Assembly: GCA_036395295.1 (NCBI GenBank)
Contig: DASWDJ010000195.1
Location: 2,283-66,282, forward strand
Length of the DNA stretch: 64,000 nucleotides
Direction of reading: 5' to 3'
From: Gaiellaceae bacterium
GTDB lineage: Bacteria > Actinomycetota > Thermoleophilia > Gaiellales > Gaiellaceae
This document shows positions 61,153-64,000 of this stretch, one piece after another. The notes below the pieces were generated by a model that was not told the DNA's origin, did no database searches, and worked only from the letters and a program-made list of their open reading frames with translations. The position numbers were made by a program, and so were the translations under genes. Every line of letters begins with the position of its first letter. Within the stretch, counting starts at the first letter, position 1.

Positions 61153-64000
61153 CTACGCGCGGACGGTGCGGCTGATATTCGCGAGGTGCTCGCGATCGGC
61201 GCCGATGCGCGCACGGAACTTCGCGCGCGTCCGCGAGGCTTTGCGGACGAGCTGGAAGGTCGACTTGCGCGTTGTCCGGACCTTCGCGATCGTGACCCAG
61301 CGCGAGCCCTTGAGGCGCTGGACGAGCACGACGCGTCGCGCGTGGCGTGGCCCGACCGTGCCGCGCAGATAGGTCTTGCCGCTCCTGCGCGAGCCCCGGA
61401 GCGTGATCAAATGCTTTACGGCCACGACCACGGTCGGTTCCGGAGCAACGCCGGTGAAGCCGGCCTTGTAGGTCGTCTTCTTTGTCGGCTTGAGCACCGA
61501 GCGGTAGTTCCCTGCGGCGTCGGTCGTGGCCGGCGGGAGGACCGTGAACGCCGGCGCTCCAATCGGCTGTGCCCCGAGCGCGACGGGCTGGCCCACGACG
61601 GGGGCTCCGGACTGCGTGAGCGTCCCCGAGAGGGTCACCGCCTTGCCGTAGACGACTGTCTTCGGCGCCACTGCAAGCGACAACCCGGGCGCGGGCGGTG
61701 GGACGGCGCTGTCGTAGAGCACCTTGAAAGCCTGGACGCGCGGAGTCGCCTGGCCGTCTGCCGACTGGAGGTCGAAGACGACGCGCAACGATTGGTGCGC
61801 GGCAGCGGGGACAGCCGTGAGATCGAGTGTCGTGTCGCCGGTGCCGAGCGGAACGGTCGCCACCTGCTCGCCGGTTGTCGCGTCGAGCAAGCGCGCGGTC
61901 GCAGAGCCGCTGCCTCCGCCGTTCGGCGAGAAGATGCTCATGGTGGCGGTCAACGAGCGCCAAGCGGTGACGGCCCGCCCTGCGGAGGGGCCGATCGAGG
62001 TCGAGGAGCCGCTGCCGGTCGGAGAGAAGCTCACGGGCGCGTGTGTGAGCTCGACCTTGTCGAGCAGCGGGCTGCCGGCCGGATTCGAGAGCCTCGCCTG
62101 CCAGCGGACGCCGCGGACCGTCAGCAGGAAGTTGAGCGCCTCCGTCGGGCTCGACAGCGTGACGGGGAAGTAATCGGACCAGAACTCGCTTCCGCCCGAG
62201 GAGTAGGGCTGCAGGAAGCTGAGCCAGAGTGCGACGGAGCTCCCGCTCGAGGCGCGAACGAGCTGGCGAAAGTCGCGCACGCTCGTGGATGAGTTGCCGA
62301 GCTGGTAGGTCGCCCAGCCGGTCGGAATGCCCGGCTGCGGGCTCCCGGGAGTCGGGTAGGCCGTCGTCGCGTGGTTGCCGCGCGTGCGGCCGGTGCGGTC
62401 GATACCGCTTGTCCAGACGTGCAGCCTCGAGCCGTCGATCAGCATCCCGGTCGGTTCGACACCGGTTTCGTCGGCGGCATACGCACTCAGGCTCGGGTCG
62501 AGGACGACCCCACGCTTGGTCCAGCTGATGCCGTCGGCGGAGGTCGCGTAGCCGACACGCTCGATCGACTTCCCCTCGAGGGCCTCGACACCCGTGTAGA
62601 GCATCCTGAAGTCGCTCGCGCCGACCTTGATCACTACGGGGTCCTTGACGGAGGCCGAATCGAACTCGCCCGCGGCTCCGAAGTCGAGGACCGCGTTGGC
62701 GCCTCGCGTGAAGGGGCCGGTCGGAGAAGTCGCCGTCGCGCGTCCGATCTTCGCCGTGCCGCCGGAGGCGACCCCCGTGTAGTACATGACGTAGTTCACC
62801 CCGTCCTTGATCACCGACGGGTGGGCGACTCCGCTCGCGTCGAAGCCGGATCCGTCGCCGTCGAGCAACTGCGTGCGGGCCGACCACGAGCCGTTGTTCG
62901 GCTGCTTCGTCACGCCGTCCTCAGGCGTCGAGGCATAGCCGATCGAGCCGACGCCGCCCGAGTCCAGTCCGGTGAAGTAGACGTAGTAGGTAGCCGTGTC
63001 GTAGAGCGCGTTGGGGTCGCGCTGGCCGCCGTTGTCGAAAGCTGAAGGGTTGCTGCCGAGGCCGAAGAGCGCACCGCCGTTGGGGTTGGAAACCGGAACC
63101 TTCGTCCAGGCTGTCCCGTTGGCCGAGGTGGCCTCGCCGAGGCGGGGCTTGAAGTCGCTGCCCCTGGTGCCCCAGTAGAAGCCGGCCAGTTTCGGAAGCC
63201 CGCCGGCCGGGGCGACCGCCGTGAGGCCCGACGCCTGGCGCCCGTCGAACGCCGTTCCGAGCGCGCCGACATTCAGCACGGAGCCGCCGGTCTGGGAACC
63301 GTTCACCTTGCCGAACGAGTTCCCGTCGTTCGAGGTGGCGAGGCCGATCCGCGTGTGGAAGTTCCCGTTCGCGTCGATCGTGTTCCCGGAGTAGTAGAGC
63401 TTGTACGGCGTAGGCGCGCCGGGGTCCTGGAGCAGCTCGGGCGAGTTCAGGTTCGAATAGTCGAAGTTCGTGTTCGACCCCGATGGGTTCACGGCCGGGC
63501 TTGGGCCCGACCAAGCGATCCCGTCGGTCGAGCTCGTGTTCATGATCTTCGTCTGGAAGACGCCGCCGCCGACGAGCTTGCGGCCCGTGAGCAGCATCGA
63601 GTAGCCGGTCACGGTCTTCCAGACCGTCGGAGCGAAGGCGCCGAACGCGATGTTGGCGCTCACGCCGGGATCCTCGGGCGCGATCACCTTGCCGCCCTTC
63701 GACCAGATGATCCCGTCACTGGACGTTGCGTACGCGACTCGCTTCTTGCTCGAGTCGTCGCCCGTGTACCACATCTTCCAGGTCGAGCCGTCCTTCAAGA
63801 CGGTTGGATCGGCCGCGCTGAAGCTGTCGGCAGAGCCGGCCGGCCCGTGCGCCAGCACAGGCAGCGGCTGCGGGCCGAAGCTGGGGTACTTCGCCCAGGT
63901 GATTCCATCGAGGGAGGTCGCGTAACCGATGGCGCCGAAGACGCCGGAGCGACCGGAGTACCACATCCGGTAAGGCGTGACGGGATCGGCTGGGTCGTAG
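61153..64000 (-). CDS. large secreted repeat protein with at least 9 beta-propeller blade motifs and C-terminal Ig-like domains. The 5' end lies beyond the window.
   Basis: A recurring blade motif [YWF]x[ML][WYL]Y[ST]G...[IV]G[YL]A[TS]SxDG[IT]xW[ST]K recalls GH32/43/68-type 5-bladed propellers. The frame stays open to position 64000. Confidence 0.7.
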   Translation of the reverse strand, partial: YDPADPVTPYRMWYSGRSGVFGAIGYATSLDGITWAKYPSFGPQPLPVLAHGPAGSADSFSAADPTVLKDGSTWKMWYTGDDSSKKRVAYATSSDGIIWSKGGKVIAPEDPGVSANIAFGAFAPTVWKTVTGYSMLLTGRKLVGGGVFQTKIMNTSSTDGIAWSGPSPAVNPSGSNTNFDYSNLNSPELLQDPGAPTPYKLYYSGNTIDANGNFHTRIGLATSNDGNSFGKVNGSQTGGSVLNVGALGTAFDGRQASGLTAVAPAGGLPKLAGFYWGTRGSDFKPRLGEATSANGTAWTKVPVSNPNGGALFGLGSNPSAFDNGGQRDPNALYDTATYYVYFTGLDSGGVGSIGYASTPEDGVTKQPNNGSWSARTQLLDGDGSGFDASGVAHPSVIKDGVNYVMYYTGVASGGTAKIGRATATSPTGPFTRGANAVLDFGAAGEFDSASVKDPVVIKVGASDFRMLYTGVEALEGKSIERVGYATSADGISWTKRGVVLDPSLSAYAADETGVEPTGMLIDGSRLHVWTSGIDRTGRTRGNHATTAYPTPGSPQPGIPTGWATYQLGNSSTSVRDFRQLVRASSGSSVALWLSFLQPYSSGGSEFWSDYFPVTLSSPTEALNFLLTVRGVRWQARLSNPAGSPLLDKVELTHAPVSFSPTGSGSSTSIGPSAGRAVTAWRSLTATMSIFSPNGGGSGSATARLLDATTGEQVATVPLGTGDTTLDLTAVPAAAHQSLRVVFDLQSADGQATPRVQAFKVLYDSAVPPPAPGLSLAVAPKTVVYGKAVTLSGTLTQSGAPVVGQPVALGAQPIGAPAFTVLPPATTDAAGNYRSVLKPTKKTTYKAGFTGVAPEPTVVVAVKHLITLRGSRRSGKTYLRGTVGPRHARRVVLVQRLKGSRWVTIAKVRTTRKSTFQLVRKASRTRAKFRARIGADREHLANISRTVRA

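Noticed and set aside
1-64000. CRISPR arrays, tRNA, rRNA, tmRNA, or known riboswitches.
   Set aside because: I found no regularly spaced short repeats, no T-loop GGTTCGA-type motif in a tRNA-like context, and no rRNA-like segments. Without covariance-model tools I cannot exclude small structured RNAs, so absence is a visual judgement only.

Overview
This is a very GC-rich (about 70% by eye), gene-dense chromosomal segment that looks actinobacterial. Supporting signs are an F420/LLM-type oxidoreductase, many GTG/TTG starts, ATGA/GTGA start-stop coupling, and leaderless-style promoters. I could run no searches, so every product call rests on motifs I recognise in the supplied translations.

I support about 50 protein genes:
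- An acetate module (GPR1/FUN34/YaaH-family channel plus AMP-forming acetyl-CoA synthetase).
- An FMN-dependent 2-hydroxyacid dehydrogenase.
- A MazF/RHH type II toxin-antitoxin pair.
- A CoxM-S-L-G-type molybdenum hydroxylase operon that is not a form I CO dehydrogenase.
- Two branched-chain-amino-acid-type ABC transporter operons.
- A hydantoinase plus carbamoylase pair.
- A TetR-controlled SRPBCC gene.
- A giant FtsX-type permease with a tandem-fused ABC ATPase.
- A 1094-aa membrane-anchored patatin-like lipase.
- An aldo/keto reductase - ornithine cyclodeaminase-like - PLP dehydratase operon.
- Several class III nucleotide cyclase signalling proteins.

The accessory or decaying parts are the most interesting:
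- A frameshifted IS110-family element with structured non-coding flanks.
- A pair of 128-bp near-identical direct repeats exactly 4,900 bp apart that bracket one complete ABC operon.
- An orphan secreted protein whose 380-residue Q/T/N-rich region carries curlin-like repeats.
- A 1.2-kb non-coding scar with five direct GT[G/A]TCCA (DnaA-box-like) repeats next to an AT-rich patch.
- Four truncated and/or frameshifted gene remnants: an acs 3' fragment, a STAND/TPR regulator, a PxKF surface protein and the IS110 transposase.

I saw no rRNA, tRNA or CRISPR array. Most long ORFs in the six-frame track are antisense shadow ORFs typical of high-GC DNA.
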